NCBI GenBank assembly: GCA_951406725.2
Contig: OX597818.1
Span: forward strand, 100,502,001-100,566,000
DNA: 64,000 bases
Direction: 5' to 3'
DNA from: Octopus vulgaris
Lineage: Eukaryota
Part shown: piece after piece, positions 38,101 to 51,028 of the stretch
How positions within the stretch are numbered: position 1 is the first letter of the stretch
Layout of the letters: the number at the start of each line of letters is the position of its first letter
The notes under the pieces: model-generated
What the model saw: only the letters and a program-made list of their open reading frames with translations
Told to the model about the DNA's origin: nothing
The model's database searches: none
Made by a program: the position numbers and the translations under genes

Positions 38101-38404
38101 ATATTAAAACACATTAAAACATCAAACGAAGGATTACACAATACTTTTTAGTAGAGTACATAGATATTACTTTTAAAGAAGAGTTCCATCTTGGATTCTT
38201 AGTTTCAATTCGGTGAAAGTGAGCGAGCCAAAACTTCGAGATCATAATCGATTTTTTTCCGTGTAAAATTTTACAAACACATTCACAAATACATGACCAC
38301 AATTGCACTCATGTGTACATAGTTGCACACATACACAAACTCACACAACACACACTCACACACGCACGCACGCACACACACACACACATATATATGAATG
38401 TATT

Positions 38405-38594
38405 TGTGTGTGCGTCTGTGCATGTCCCCCACTATCCCTTGGTGTTTACGTTCGCGTAACTTACCAGTTCGGCAAAAGAGACCGACAGAATATGTACTAG
38501 GCTTACAAAGAATAAGTCCTGGAATTGATTTGTTCGATTAAATGTGGTGCTCCAGATGACTGAAACACGTAAAAGAATTTAAAAAATAAAAGAA
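38405..38594 (+). mobile_element. SINE family A, 3' half
   Basis: GGTGTTTACGT..TTCGGCAAAAGAGACCGA..GTACTAGGCTTACAAAGAATAAGTCCTGG. Confidence 0.8.
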
Positions 38595-38612
38595 TGCACA
38601 CACATACACACT

Positions 38613-38662
<50 letters not shown>

Positions 38663-39027
38663 GTGTCTGACACTATATGTCTGTCTCATGCATCTAAAAA
38701 GCATTACGTCGTGCGTAGCTGGGTAAAACTGTTATTAATTTCATACGTAACTTCTACCGAATGCGTGGAGTGCAAATGCCTTCCATTTGTTCACACATTC
38801 TTAAAAACACACACATACACAATCGCACACTCACACACACAGATACACACACACACACATACACAAATACATAAATATAAACATGCATAGTTACATATAT
38901 ACAAACATACATACACGTATATGATACAAAGAAATTGTATGTTCACTTACTGAACTACATACACGTAATTGCACAAAATATCCTGCCGTATATGCATCAA
39001 CAATAACAAAACCAGACACATTGACAG

Positions 39028-39087
<60 letters not shown>

Positions 39088-39496
39088 GTACACACACACT
39101 CACCTATTCAGACAAAACGACATTCACTCGCAATCTATATGACCGAAAAAGAAAACCTTTTGGAGTCATAGATTCTCCTAGTCTATGGCATAAAATAGAT
39201 GTTTTTAGTTGATTTGTTTTTCAATACAATTTTTGCCACGTGCTTCATAGAGTCAGTGATGCAGAAAATTGACTGGATGACTGCAAATATCATGGAGTCC
39301 ATCAAAACGATGGATATATAAAGCAATCATAGGAGGTGATTGTATCAAAATACAATCAGCTTCCTGGACACGAATAATTGAAGTAGTGCTTGACTTCCGT
39401 TTGTTAATCAATCTTCAAACTACCATCAATCATGTTTCTTAAACATAAATGCGCACTCGCATGTACAGCTCACATGAATAGACATAGAGATATCGA

Positions 39497-39567
<71 letters not shown>

Positions 39568-39671
39568 GTGTGTGCTTGTTTGTGTATATATATATATATA
39601 TATATACATATACATGTAGATAGATACTCATATACGGATACATTCACATATATAGTCATACACACACACAT

Positions 39672-39738
<67 letters not shown>

Positions 39739-40287
39739 TTTATATACCAGAATCACACACAGATACACAATCATATAAAGATACATTTATATACATAAAA
39801 ACATAGACAGAAATGTATTCGTATATATATATTTAGATGTCTATGGAAGTGTTTCTACACATCTTCTAAATAATATACCATATAGATTTAAATAGTTATA
39901 TTTTAACTGTTTGTGAAATCACGAATATGTGCGCAGATGACCACGAAAACACATCCATATATCCCCCCCACACACACATATATATTCTTATATATCTCAT
40001 GTGTAACATGATAGATGGTACTTGAACAATAGTATAGATTCATCAGCGTAGACACACTGAGATTCTTTCATATGTCTGGTCTGAAATAAGTTTGCAGAAT
40101 TCACCACGAACGTAAAATCTACAACGTTTATGTAATGTGAAAAGATGGTGAATATTTCTAGAATTATAAGGAGATGCGTACGTGAATACAAAACTTATTC
40201 ACTCAAACTGCACGCAAATATATGCAAGCGTATTACTATCTCACTTTCTCATTCTCATTCTACCTGTTCACGAGTGGGTATATATTA

Positions 40288-40355
40288 ATAAAAAAGAAGT
40301 TTGAAAACACCACTAGATAAGATAAATGTTACATGTTTTCAAACTTCTTTTTTAT
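40288..40355. repeat. 22-bp perfect inverted repeat with 24-nt loop
   Basis: ATAAAAAAGAAGTTTGAAAACA / TGTTTTCAAACTTCTTTTTTAT. Confidence 0.8.
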
Positions 40356-40574
40356 AAATATATATATATTTAATAATTTAATAATTACTGGTATCTTTAT
40401 ATATTAATATATTTTAAATGTAAAGCATAATATGTTATACATGTATGTAAATTCTTGTAATTGTCAGTTTAGTAAATAAATAAATAAGTTGACATATAAT
40501 GTCTAAAATTTGATGAGCCACCTTTTGATACCCTCCATTTTCTTATTGCTCTCCCTATCTCTATATAAATTATT

Positions 40575-41055
40575 TTACATTTTTCAATCATTTGACTGTG
40601 ACCATGATGGAGCACAGCCTTGAACAGTTTTAGTCGAACAAATCGAATCCAGAAGTTATTCGTTGTGAGCCTAGTTCTTATTCTATCGGTCCTTTGGGTT
40701 GAAACGCTAAGTTACGGATACATAGACACACAAAAAAACTGGTTGAAAAGACGTGATGCAGGAGAAGCATAAACACACACGCACACACACACACACATCA
40801 GACAGGCTTCTTTCAGTTTCGTCTACCAAATCCACTTACAAGTCTTTGGTCGGCGCGCGACTATATTGGAAGGAAGCTACTTACCACCATGCCAGACCTA
40901 AATATATACGTAGGCGCTGGCGTAGCAGTGTTTCAGAAGCGTACTTTCCATCCACATGCTCCAGGTTTCAGTCTCACTGCGTAAAGCCTTGGGCAATTGT
41001 CTTCTTCTCTAGCCTCAGGCTTAACAAAGACGGGAAATGAAAGAAGCCCCTCGTA
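40575..41055. mobile_element. Two diverged family A SINEs head to head (40575-40900 minus; 40911-41055 plus)
   Basis: Family A modules in opposite orientations. Confidence 0.7.
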
Positions 41056-41065
41056 ATTATGTATG

Positions 41066-41096
<31 letters not shown>

Positions 41097-41098
<2 letters not shown>

Positions 41099-41228
41099 TT
41101 ATTATATAGAAGGAGCTTCTACAGGACTAGTACTGTTTCATTCAAGAGAAATCTTCAGGAAGCTTCCTGAAGATTTCTCTTGAATGAAACAGTACTAGTC
41201 CTGTAGAAGCTCCTTCTATATAATAAAT
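41097..41228. repeat. Perfect 132-bp palindrome centred on AAGCTT (41160-41165), in an insert extending to about 41297 between (TA)n tracts
   Basis: Arms checked base by base. Confidence 0.95.
41161..41211 (+). ncRNA. Type I hammerhead ribozyme, intact core (mirror copy at 41114-41164 on the minus strand)
   Basis: AGCTTC-CTGAAGA-tTTC(tctt)GAAt-GAA-ACAG(tactagtc)CTGT-A-GAAGCT. GUA site, cleavage predicted after 41205. Confidence 0.75.
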
Positions 41229-41298
41229 TAATTTTACTCTGCTATGTATTGAGTACCTTACTTACTGTGGTTAACCCCGAATCAACCCGGGACCTACA

Positions 41299-41382
<84 letters not shown>

Positions 41383-41441
41383 CATATATATATGTATATA
41401 TATATATTTATATATATATATATAAATATATATATAAATAC

Positions 41442-41482
<41 letters not shown>

Positions 41483-41510
41483 AATATTGATATATGTATA
41501 TATATATACT

Positions 41511-41545
<35 letters not shown>

Positions 41546-41555
41546 CATACATACA

Positions 41556-41814
41556 TCGCGGTTTCGATTCCCAGACCGGGTTTTGTGAGTGTTTGTTGAG
41601 CGGAAACACCTAAAGCTCCACGATCTCCGGCAAGGGGCAGTGGCGATCCCTGCTGTGCTCTTTCGCCACAACTTTCTCTCACTCTCTCGTCTGCTGTCCT
41701 GCTCGTTTAGCCGGAGGGGTGGGATCATTTGAAGGCTAAAACAATGCGAAGCGCATTGTGACCAGTGATGTGTAGCAAGATCTGATACTCTGGTCGGTGA
41801 CGAGGGTCACGATG
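41556..41814 (+). mobile_element. SINE family C, 5'-truncated
   Basis: ATCGCGGTTTCGATTCCCAGACCGGG..GAGCGGAAACACCTAAAGCTCCACG..GAAGGCTAAAACAATGCG.. Confidence 0.85.
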
Positions 41815-41871
41815 ATATATACATACACATATACATGCACACACACAGTTATATATGTGTTTATATATATA

Positions 41872-43490
41872 AACTCAGCTACTGGCCCCGATGGATTCCC
41901 AGCAATCCTTCTAAAAGTATGTAAGAGAGTCCTAGCAAGACCACTGCAGTTCCCGTTTCAGAGCTTCCTTGCAACTGGCAAACTTCCAGAAAACTGAAGG
42001 AAGGTAAAATATGCCCTATTCATAAAGGAGGTAGCAGAGCTGAGGCCAAGAACTACAGACCTATCTCTCTGACCTCACACATCAGCAAGGTCATGGAACG
42101 AATAGTCAGGAGGAAACTAATCACCTTCCTTGAAGAAAATGGTTTCCGACCAGGAAGAAGCTGCTTAACTCAGCTCCTACAACACTATGTCTGGGTGCTG
42201 AAACGACTGCTCAACCACTCAAATGTGGAAGTGATATATCTCGACTTTGCAAAGGCCTTTGATAAAGTCGATCATGGAATGATATGTCACAAACTGCGTG
42301 ATCTTGGCATAGTTGGAAAATTGGGAGAATGGCTTCATGACTTTCTGAAGGATAGAAGTCAGGTGGTAGTAGGCAATGGGGCCACTTCCATTAACACGCA
42401 AATAGTGAGCGGTGTTCCGCAATGCACTGTTCTGGGACCACTACTGTTCATAATGGCCCTCTCAGACATGCCCTCAGCCACGCAGAGAGCCACGATCACA
42501 AGTTATGCAGATGAAACAAAAGTTTCACATGCAATACAGAACCCTGAATACACTAAGCACCTGCAATGTGAGCTGGACAAAATATACAAAAGGCTGAAAA
42601 GAATAGCATGCAGTTCAATGCTGAAAAGTTTGAAGCTTTATACTATCTGCATGAAAAACTAAATGCAATACCCAATAAATACACTGGACCTGGAGGGATT
42701 GCAATCCGAGAGGTACAATCAGTGCAAGACCTTGTTATTTACATGAGTGATGATGCAACCTTTCATGTGCATGTTGCTAAATTGGCAATGAAATGTAGGC
42801 GGCTGACCGGATGTAAACTTAGAACCTTTAGAACAAGAGACCAGGAAACCATGATGGTCCTCTGGAGGACACTTGTCCTAAGCCACTTTGATTATTGCTC
42901 TCAGCTATGGTCACCATCCAGTGTCAAGTTTATCACAGAAATTGAGGCGATCCAACGAAGCTACACGAAGCAGATAGCCTCTGTGCAGCATATAAGCTAT
43001 TGGGAAAGACTCAAGAGATTGAGACTCTATTCCTTAGAGCGTAGGCGAGAAAGATATGCCATAATATACATCTGGAAGATCCTATAAGGACTTGTCCCAA
43101 ACTTTGGCATCGAGAGTTACACAAATGCCAGAACTGGGAGCCACTGCATAGTGCCAAGGACTCCAAATTTGCCATCAAGATGTAGGACAAGATACCGTGA
43201 TAGCCTGGGCTTCCGAGGCCCACAGCTCTTCAATATCCTCCCGAAGAACCTAAGAGACCTGCATGGGGTGGATGCAGATGTCTTTAAAATGAAACTGGGT
43301 CTCTTCTTGTCAGGTGTCCCAGATGAATCAACTTCACGGCAGGAGGTGCAGATGAGTGCAGCTGCATCGAACTCTCTCATGCACCAGATGACAATTGATA
43401 AAAATCATTCGTGAATTAAAATCATGTAGCAACACCAAATGGCGGTGCCCCAGCATGGCCACAGCTTGTGAGCTGAAACTAAATATAAAA
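41872..43490 (+). mobile_element. CR1-group non-LTR retrotransposon, 5'-truncated, ORF2 (reverse transcriptase) pseudogene with 3' UTR
   Basis: SATGPDGFP..NYRPISLTS..GFRPGRSCLTQL..YLDFAKAFDKVDH..SGVPQCTVLGPLLF..YADETK..YWERLKRLRLYSLERRRERY. Frameshifts, a stop and YADD changed to YADE. ORF ends at 43414; tail at 43438-43490. Confidence 0.93.
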
Positions 43491-43492
43491 TA

Positions 43493-43533
<41 letters not shown>

Positions 43534-43649
43534 AAAACTCATCAAACTCATTAAAAAACCAATGTGTAAAAATACGCAAGACAAATGCTTATTTTTACAC
43601 TTTGGTTTTTTGGTGAGTTTTTTGGGTGAGTTTTTCTACAACTGTTACA

Positions 43650-43954
43650 ACTAGTAATAGTTGTAGTTGTAGTGTTATTGGTAGTAGTAGTAGTAGTGGT
43701 GGTAGTAATAGTAGTTGTAGTAGTAGTAGTTATTTTAGTAATAGTAGTTGTAGTAGTGGTGGCTGTAGTATTTGTAGTTTTAGTATTAGTAGTACTAGTA
43801 GGTGTGTTAGTAATAATCATTTTAGTAATAGTAGTTGTAGTAGTAGTAGTTGCTGGAGTTATAGTGCTATTTATAGTAGTGGTAGCAGCAGCAATAGTAG
43901 TAGTAGAAGTGGCAGCAGCAGCAGCAGTCGTAGTAGTAGTATTAGTTAGTTAGT

Positions 43955-43990
<36 letters not shown>

Positions 43991-44002
43991 CAGCAGCAGT
44001 AG
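43650..44002. repeat. Degenerate (TAG)n/(CAG)n trinucleotide tract
   Basis: Direct reading. Confidence 0.9.
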
Positions 44003-44052
44003 TTTTCGTATTTAGTGTCAAGTGGAAAAGCAAAATCTTTTGGAAACTAAAT

Positions 44053-44379
44053 CTTAAAGACTCCGCCGGTTACGACGACGAGGGTCCCAGCTGATAAGAT
44101 CAACGGAACAGCTTGCTCGTGAAATTAACGTGAAAATGGTTGAGCATTCCACAGACACGTGTACCCTTAACGTAGTTCTCGGGGATAATCAGCGTGACAC
44201 AGAGAGTGACAAGGCTGACCCTTTGAAATACAAGTACAACTCATTTTTGCCAGCTGAGTGGACTGGAGCAACGTGAAATAAAGTGTCTTGCTCAAGGACA
44301 CAACGCGTCGCCGGGAATCGAACTCACAACCTTACGATCATGAGCCGAATGCCCTAACCACTAAGCCACGCGCCCTCAC
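44053..44379 (-). mobile_element. tRNA-derived CORE SINE (family D), full length with 12-bp TSD
   Basis: Reverse strand TGGCTTAGTGG (A box), GAGTTCGATTCCC (B box), GTGTCCTTGAGCAAGACACTT core. TSD TGGAAACTAAAT at 44041-44052 and 44380-44391. Confidence 0.93.
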
Positions 44380-44840
44380 TGGAAACTAAATGGAATGGTA
44401 TTCAATACAAGATGATGTGAAGCGAACATGAAACGGCTATTTGTATGTGCTAGTGTAAGTCTATTACTTTGTCTGAGAATGCCCAGAACCGTGAGATGGT
44501 GTCTCTGAGCTTTAGTATGATGTATGTATGTATGTATGTATGTAGGTATGTTGCAATATGCCTGTGCGCAAGATATGGTATAATCTAACGTAGAAGAGCG
44601 ATATTTTTTGCGTGTTTGTAAATCAACAGAAGGTATTTAGGTATTTTTGTTATGGGACTAATGTGCGTGTAAGTGTGAGGGAAATATTACTGAATGAAAC
44701 TGGCTTGCAGGAGAAATGGAAAAAAATGTTTGATTGCTGTGTGTGCAACTTCAGGAGAAAATTACTTGGGAACTTAGCAAAGAGAATAAGTAGCGGAAAG
44801 AGCATACGTTATAAGATAATAATCGGCCAAACAGTACTCA

Positions 44841-45144
44841 TCTTTATATATAAAAGTGAAGTTGTGTGAGTGTCTGTCTCCTACGATTTAGATTCCTAAC
44901 TACTCCAACATTTTGCGGTGCAGTTTAACCAAAAGCGGGTATCTTATTGTCGTGATTCATATCGAGCCATTCTGGGTATTAGCGCGCGTGTACGATGAGT
45001 CTACGATTAAAAAAAAAAAATTACCATAATTTTTTTCCCATTTTTAATGCATTTTTGGCTATTATATAAGGGAAGTAACTCTCTAAAAATGCTTATATAG
45101 TTATTTCCCTTACAAACCCGAGCAACGCCGGGCGATACTGCTAG
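44841..45144 (+). mobile_element. Non-autonomous Helitron, complete
   Basis: Inserted between A and T; starts TCTTTATATATAAAAG; subterminal hairpin CCCGAGCAACGCCGGG (45117-45132); ends CTAG. A related 3' end is at about 7980-8005. Confidence 0.88.
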
Positions 45145-45327
45145 TCAATGATAAAAAGGCGGGTGAAATTAACAGAGGTAATGAGAAGTGTTGTTTGGAA
45201 GATGGCAACGTTAAATGAGAAGAAAGGACTATTGTGAAACTTTTCTATATAGACATACGTGACACTGGCTGAAGGAGGTGCATAGTTCTAAACATCGAAA
45301 TCAATGTCGTCCTTTCCCTACTTTTAA

Positions 45328-45383
45328 TTTTTTTATCTTGTTTCAGCTCACGATCTGTGGCCATGCTGCGTCACCGCCATTTG
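45328..45383 (-). mobile_element. Isolated 3' tail of the CR1-group LINE
   Basis: Reverse strand AAATGGCGGTGACGCAGCATGGCCACAGATCGTGAGCTGAAACAAGATAAAAAAA. Confidence 0.82.
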
Positions 45384-45402
45384 TAAACGATCAATAAACT
45401 TT

Positions 45403-45510
45403 TAGGAGTGGCTGTGTGGTAAGTAGCTTGCTTACCAACCACATGGCTCCGGGTTCAGTCCCACTGCGTGCCACCTTGGGCAAGTGTCTCCTACTATAGC
45501 CTCAGGCTAT
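45403..45510 (+). mobile_element. SINE family A, head only
   Basis: TAGGAGTGGCTGTGTGGTAAGTAGCTTGC..CCTTGGGCAAGTGTCTCCTACTATAGCCTC. Confidence 0.88.
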
Positions 45511-45609
45511 AGAGTATATATATAAATGTTATATAGAAAAATTAAAACCAAATCCATCACCTGGTCAATTAATCAACTTTCATTACACACACACACACAC
45601 ACTTATGAG

Positions 45610-45712
45610 TAACAAAGATATACAGGTGTCACTTCATTACGGCCGTTTCAAGTGACTCCTTTAATCGATTAATGAAAACATTACATCGGTCCAAAGAAAC
45701 CGTTTTCTTCAG
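45610..45712. repeat. Dispersed unclassified repeat (other copies about 49525-49610 same strand and about 49770-49872 inverted)
   Basis: Shared ACGGCCGTTTCA..CTCC.TTAAT.GATTAATGAA.ACATT. The reverse strand contains GAAACGGCCGTA (a hammerhead-like 3' half) but no intact CUGANGA. Confidence 0.6.
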
Positions 45713-45844
45713 ATGACTGCATAGTCTTCAAACAGAAATGACAAAACTACTGACTTAACATATTCGCATCTCCAATAGAGCTAAAATATTTACATTGATC
45801 CTGCTGTTATCTATTTGGCAGAATGAATTTAGAAGATAGTGTAT

Positions 45845-46067
45845 ATGTTTCCCACCTGGATGGGACGCCCGTCCGTCGCAGGCGAGCTGCAAGATGCAGG
45901 AGGAAAGACTGAGAGAAAGTTGTGGCGAAAGAGTTAGCAGAAGGTCGCCATTACCCTCAGCCGGAGCCTTGGTTTGCTCATAAACATACATATCGCCCGG
46001 TCTGAGATTCGAACCCGCGACCCCTCGACCACGAATCTGCTGCTCTACCCAGTAGGCCATGTGCCTC

Positions 46068-46070
<3 letters not shown>
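45845..46070 (-). mobile_element. SINE with family C-like head and alternative tail
   Basis: Reverse strand GTGGAGGCACATGGCCTACTGG..GGGTTCGAATCTC..CTCTTTCGCCACAACTTTCTC..GCGACGGACGGGCGTCCCATCCAGG. Confidence 0.8.
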
Positions 46071-46124
<54 letters not shown>

Positions 46125-46270
46125 ATATATATATATATATGAAAAGTTCCTCTGTTTAATGGTATCAGTAAGGCCTGGTTGGAAGCCCAACCTTCTGAGT
46201 CCTCACTGGTCCTCGCTATTTTAGTCGTAAACAGCCGAAACAGCTGCTCAAATAATACATGGATGCACAG

Positions 46271-46332
<62 letters not shown>

Positions 46333-46612
46333 GTTTACATAAACATTTACATGGTAAATTTTGCTAGTGACTTCGAAGTTTCTCTTTGCTCGTCTTCGTC
46401 AGGCGGTTTCACGCTATGTGAACATGGTGAAACATCAAAGTTAATTACAACATTTTGCTATAAAAGTTTAATAAAGACATACTCCGGTAAACAGTATTGT
46501 CTAATCATCCAGATTAATGTTGCATTGTTTTATATATAACCAGAAATATGAAGAAAAACATTCGCATATACACAATGCAAACACACACATACACATGCAC
46601 ACAAACATATAC

Positions 46613-46721
<109 letters not shown>

Positions 46722-47549
46722 TGTGTGTGTCTGTGTATGAATATATATATATATATATATATGTATGTATATATGTTTGTATATCTATATGTATGTATGT
46801 GTGTGCGTGTTTATGAATTTTGAGAAGCATCAAACTTTTTCGGTAATAAATTTGCTACAGTGGACTAATTTTCATGGATGGTAGAGCTAGTGTTAATCTG
46901 TTGGCATAGCAATTCAATCAAACGTATTGCTTGCTGTTCAAAGCTAATTGATTCAATGGACACGGCATCTACAAACGCAAAATTGCATTATATTATATCT
47001 ATGTAGAACTGGCGAACAGTTGTGACTTGTCCAAGAATGGATTTGATGGAGATGGTAGGTTTACATATATCATACAAAATGATGTTATAATGCAAATAAC
47101 AGCACCGACCTCATAATAACCTCATATTATTTATCTGAAATAATATAATAACGTTCGAATATTAAATATCTTCCGAAAAAGATGAGATTTTATGTAGGAT
47201 TGAATGTAATTGAACTGTACCTAAAATGTCTCGCATACACATATGTGTATATGATAATACATACAAATACGGCCGAATAAGTATATTGGTATGGTGTTGC
47301 TGGCCTGTTAAAATATAGCGAACAAATGGACTTCAAATAATATCTTACAATTATTTGTAAGAATATAGAGATCTGATAATACAGTCCAAAACAAACTGTG
47401 TCTAGAGAGAAGACTAGTTGTTTATGCATGGAGCAAATTACACCAGAGGTTAGATGGATAAGTTCCGATTTAGCTTACACAACAACTCCGCGGAATTCCC
47501 CTCAGATTACTAATGACATTGCAACAGTATTCAGTTTTTATTGATATCA

Positions 47550-47713
47550 TAGTCGCAGGTTTTACAACGTGGCAATAAATTTGCTTCCCAACGATATGGT
47601 GCCGGGTTCAGTCCCGATGTGTGGCAACTTCCACTATTGTCTTCTGCTATAATCTCTAGCCGAAGAAAGCTTTGCGAGTGGATTTGGTAGACACCAACGT
47701 AAAGAAGCCCGTC

Positions 47714-47780
<67 letters not shown>

Positions 47781-47985
47781 GGGGGGGGTGTATGTTTGCG
47801 TGTGATTGTGTCTGTGTGTAACGGCCACCACGCTTGACAATCGGCAAAAGAACCCAGGGAAATATGTACTAGGCTTAAGATAAATAAGTCCTGGAATCGA
47901 TTTGCTCCACTAAAATAACTTTGCGGAGGTACTCCAGCATGGCCGCAGTCAAATAACCAAAACAAATAAATGGTGAAAAATAAAA
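47550..47985 (+). mobile_element. SINE family A, diverged
   Basis: GGTTCAGTCCC..GAGTGGATTTGGTAGAC..GAAGCCCGTCG(TA)n(TG)n..CTCCAGCATGGCCGCAGTCAAAT. Confidence 0.82.
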
Positions 47986-48636
47986 GATCTGAGAGACCAT
48001 ACTTTTAAACACTTTGTAATGCAACGCCAACATAAGTGAACATTTCTCAGTATAAAAGCTGTGGAGGGCAATATTCCAAGCCGTGCTACCATAGCTGTCA
48101 CATAGAAGACACTTCTGATGAGGAAGATTATCAGATTTTCAGTATGTGGAGGCTACCGGAGTAGGTGGAAATAACACGATAGCAGGATAAAAGACTTACT
48201 ACTAAGAATGCACACATAAACATAACCAGATACCCATCTTCCGAAAAAATATATCATTGCCTATGACGAATCAAATGCCACTAAATGTACGAATGACAAG
48301 CCTTGATCTCAAATACTTCATCTATCGAAACTTTTGCCGAATCACTAAGTTAGGGAGACGTAAAAAATAACTAACACACCGGTCGTCAAACAGCTGTGAG
48401 TACAACCACGCTCAAAACTACATACTTACGTAATAGGTACATATATACATATTAACATACCTACATATCTGTTAGGTCTAATTATCACCCGAAGAAACAC
48501 ATCTACACCGATGGATACTCGTAAACCATTTATCAAGAGTCTCTCACGTGAGGAAACAATTATAGTGATTTTTAAAATTTTCGTATCTGCCATCTTCCGT
48601 CTCTCATTAACCAAATATATATGTATATATATGTAT

Positions 48637-48728
<92 letters not shown>

Positions 48729-48731
<3 letters not shown>

Positions 48732-48925
48732 ACCTCGTGTGTACCGTTGGCGATTTTTTCCTCTGTCTTCCCTTCTCTGGATCTTTCCTTCTCCTATGTT
48801 TCCGACGAAGAGCCCCGCTCGAAACGTTAAACCCTCATTCTTTCCTTCTTTCCTGAGCGTCCAATAATACTATATTTGTTCCTCGTCCTCACGTTGTTGT
48901 TTTTTGTGTTTTCTTGTTTGGATTA

Positions 48926-48930
<5 letters not shown>
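48729..48930 (+). mobile_element. Penelope-like terminal fragment between (TA)n tracts
   Basis: About 200-bp insert, homologous to 7275-7407. Confidence 0.72.
48798..48832 (+). ncRNA. Minimal type I hammerhead motif with one core substitution (U4C)
   Basis: GTTT-CCGACGA-A-GAGC(ccc)GCTC-GAA-ACGT-T-AAAC. Confidence 0.55.
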
Positions 48931-48984
<54 letters not shown>

Positions 48985-49876
48985 TTGTTCTGAGATGGGG
49001 GGACATATGTACATTACTTACAATGGACGGATAGGTGCCATCATCTTGTTTTTTGCTAGCACTACATTTTGGCTGATGTACATAACAGCCTTCATGAGGT
49101 GTTGGATTCGAAATTCCACCACAACTACCGACGAAGGCAGGAGAGTAAATCAGCTGAAGCTTTGTGGTAATAAGAAAGTAGTTAAGGACACTTATCCATC
49201 CATTGTAAATAATACACGCTCAAGTATATGGAATATAATTAAGACTCCGTTCAGTTAGGTACTTAAATTGAGGCACCTTGCCAGGTCGGTATCATCCGTA
49301 CACCCAAACAATATCAATTTAATATTGAATGTGAAGACTCCGTGCAAGGGTTTTGTACCCGAAATTCCTGCTGTGTGGGCAGACAACGTAACCCAGCTAA
49401 ATGAAGGCTTCCGCTCGTGGTAATTCAGACGTATATTTTTGTTAAAGATAATTTCTATAGAATTTGCGATGTGCAGATTCCAAGTTAGGTAAATAAAATA
49501 TAAATGAGAAACTAAGATTTATTGGTGTTAATTCGTACTGGTGGCACGGCCGTTTCAGGCAACTCCCTTAATTGATTAATGAAGACATTTCATCATTTGA
49601 AAGAAAACATAAAATTATAGTACTCTTATTTTCTAAACCTATTCTGCCACATATATGACAAAAAACAAACAAAAAGAAAACAAAATCAATATTTTTAATT
49701 GCATTATTGATATGAAAATAAAAAAAAAATATTTGTATCATATATGTTTGAAGTCTATGCGGTCAACTAACGAGAACGGTTTCTATCAAACGAGGTAATG
49801 TTTTCATTAATCAATTGAAGGATTTGTTTGAAATGACCGGAATGATTTGACACCTGTACATCTTTGCTATTCATTT

Positions 49877-49910
<34 letters not shown>

Positions 49911-50069
49911 CTTTGATACTTTGATAGGTTTCGGCCATTATTGGCCCAGGCCATGTCTAACTTAATAGCACCACCTGGTGAATTAAGATAGATAGATAGA
50001 TAGATAGATAGAACGTAAAAGGAGAAACAGAGAATTTGCTAAATTTGCTAAACAGAGAATATATATATA

Positions 50070-50126
<57 letters not shown>

Positions 50127-50559
50127 ATCTGAGTTTCCAATCAGTTAAATTTTCCTAAGTTCAGTCATGAATCGTTAGTCCATCAGATTGTGGTCTGCTT
50201 ATTCACATTGCCATGTCTGTTCCCAAGGCAGTTTAGAAAGTGCCCATTCTATATAAATAAATTGACTCATTGTGATTTCAATGATATTGTGAACATTACA
50301 TTTCAGCATCAGACGAAATTTTTACATGAACTATTACCGTTTGATACTAGACAGGCACCTAATCCCTTTGCTAATATATATATAAGTTTAAATAACTATT
50401 GTTATGCTCAAATGTATCACCTTTCAAGTGCGTAATTATTTAATTGTCTGTAGAATAATTGTTAGAATTGTTTTGTACATCAAAACATTTGAAGTAGATT
50501 TACTTTTACTAGGATTCTAACGTGCATAACTAGCAAATTCTCTGTTTCTCCTTTTACGT

Positions 50560-50638
<79 letters not shown>
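50560..50638. repeat. (TATC)n microsatellite
   Basis: Direct reading. Confidence 0.95.
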
Positions 50639-50641
<3 letters not shown>

Positions 50642-50819
50642 AATGAATATGTCTGTCTATCGATTTATTTGTTTGTCTGTTTGTTCATCACCCTCTCTAC
50701 CTCTCTCCATTTCCCCTCTCCAATTTTTCATTTACTAATTCTTCTTATATATATATGTATATATAGATATACATACACACACACATACACATATATTTAT
50801 ATGCGTGTGTGTCTGTGTG

Positions 50820-50855
<36 letters not shown>

Positions 50856-50974
50856 CATATATTTATCGATAGTCATTATACTTACACTAAATACACGCGT
50901 ATGTACATATATAGATGCATACATATATAGTGTGTGTGAATGTGTATACACACACAAACACACGCACACACACA

Positions 50975-51028
<54 letters not shown>

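Noticed and set aside
44305-44379. tRNA-like cloverleaf on the minus strand (similarly 19765-19837 and 22075-22148)
   Set aside because: These are SINE heads continuous with SINE bodies, not tRNA genes.
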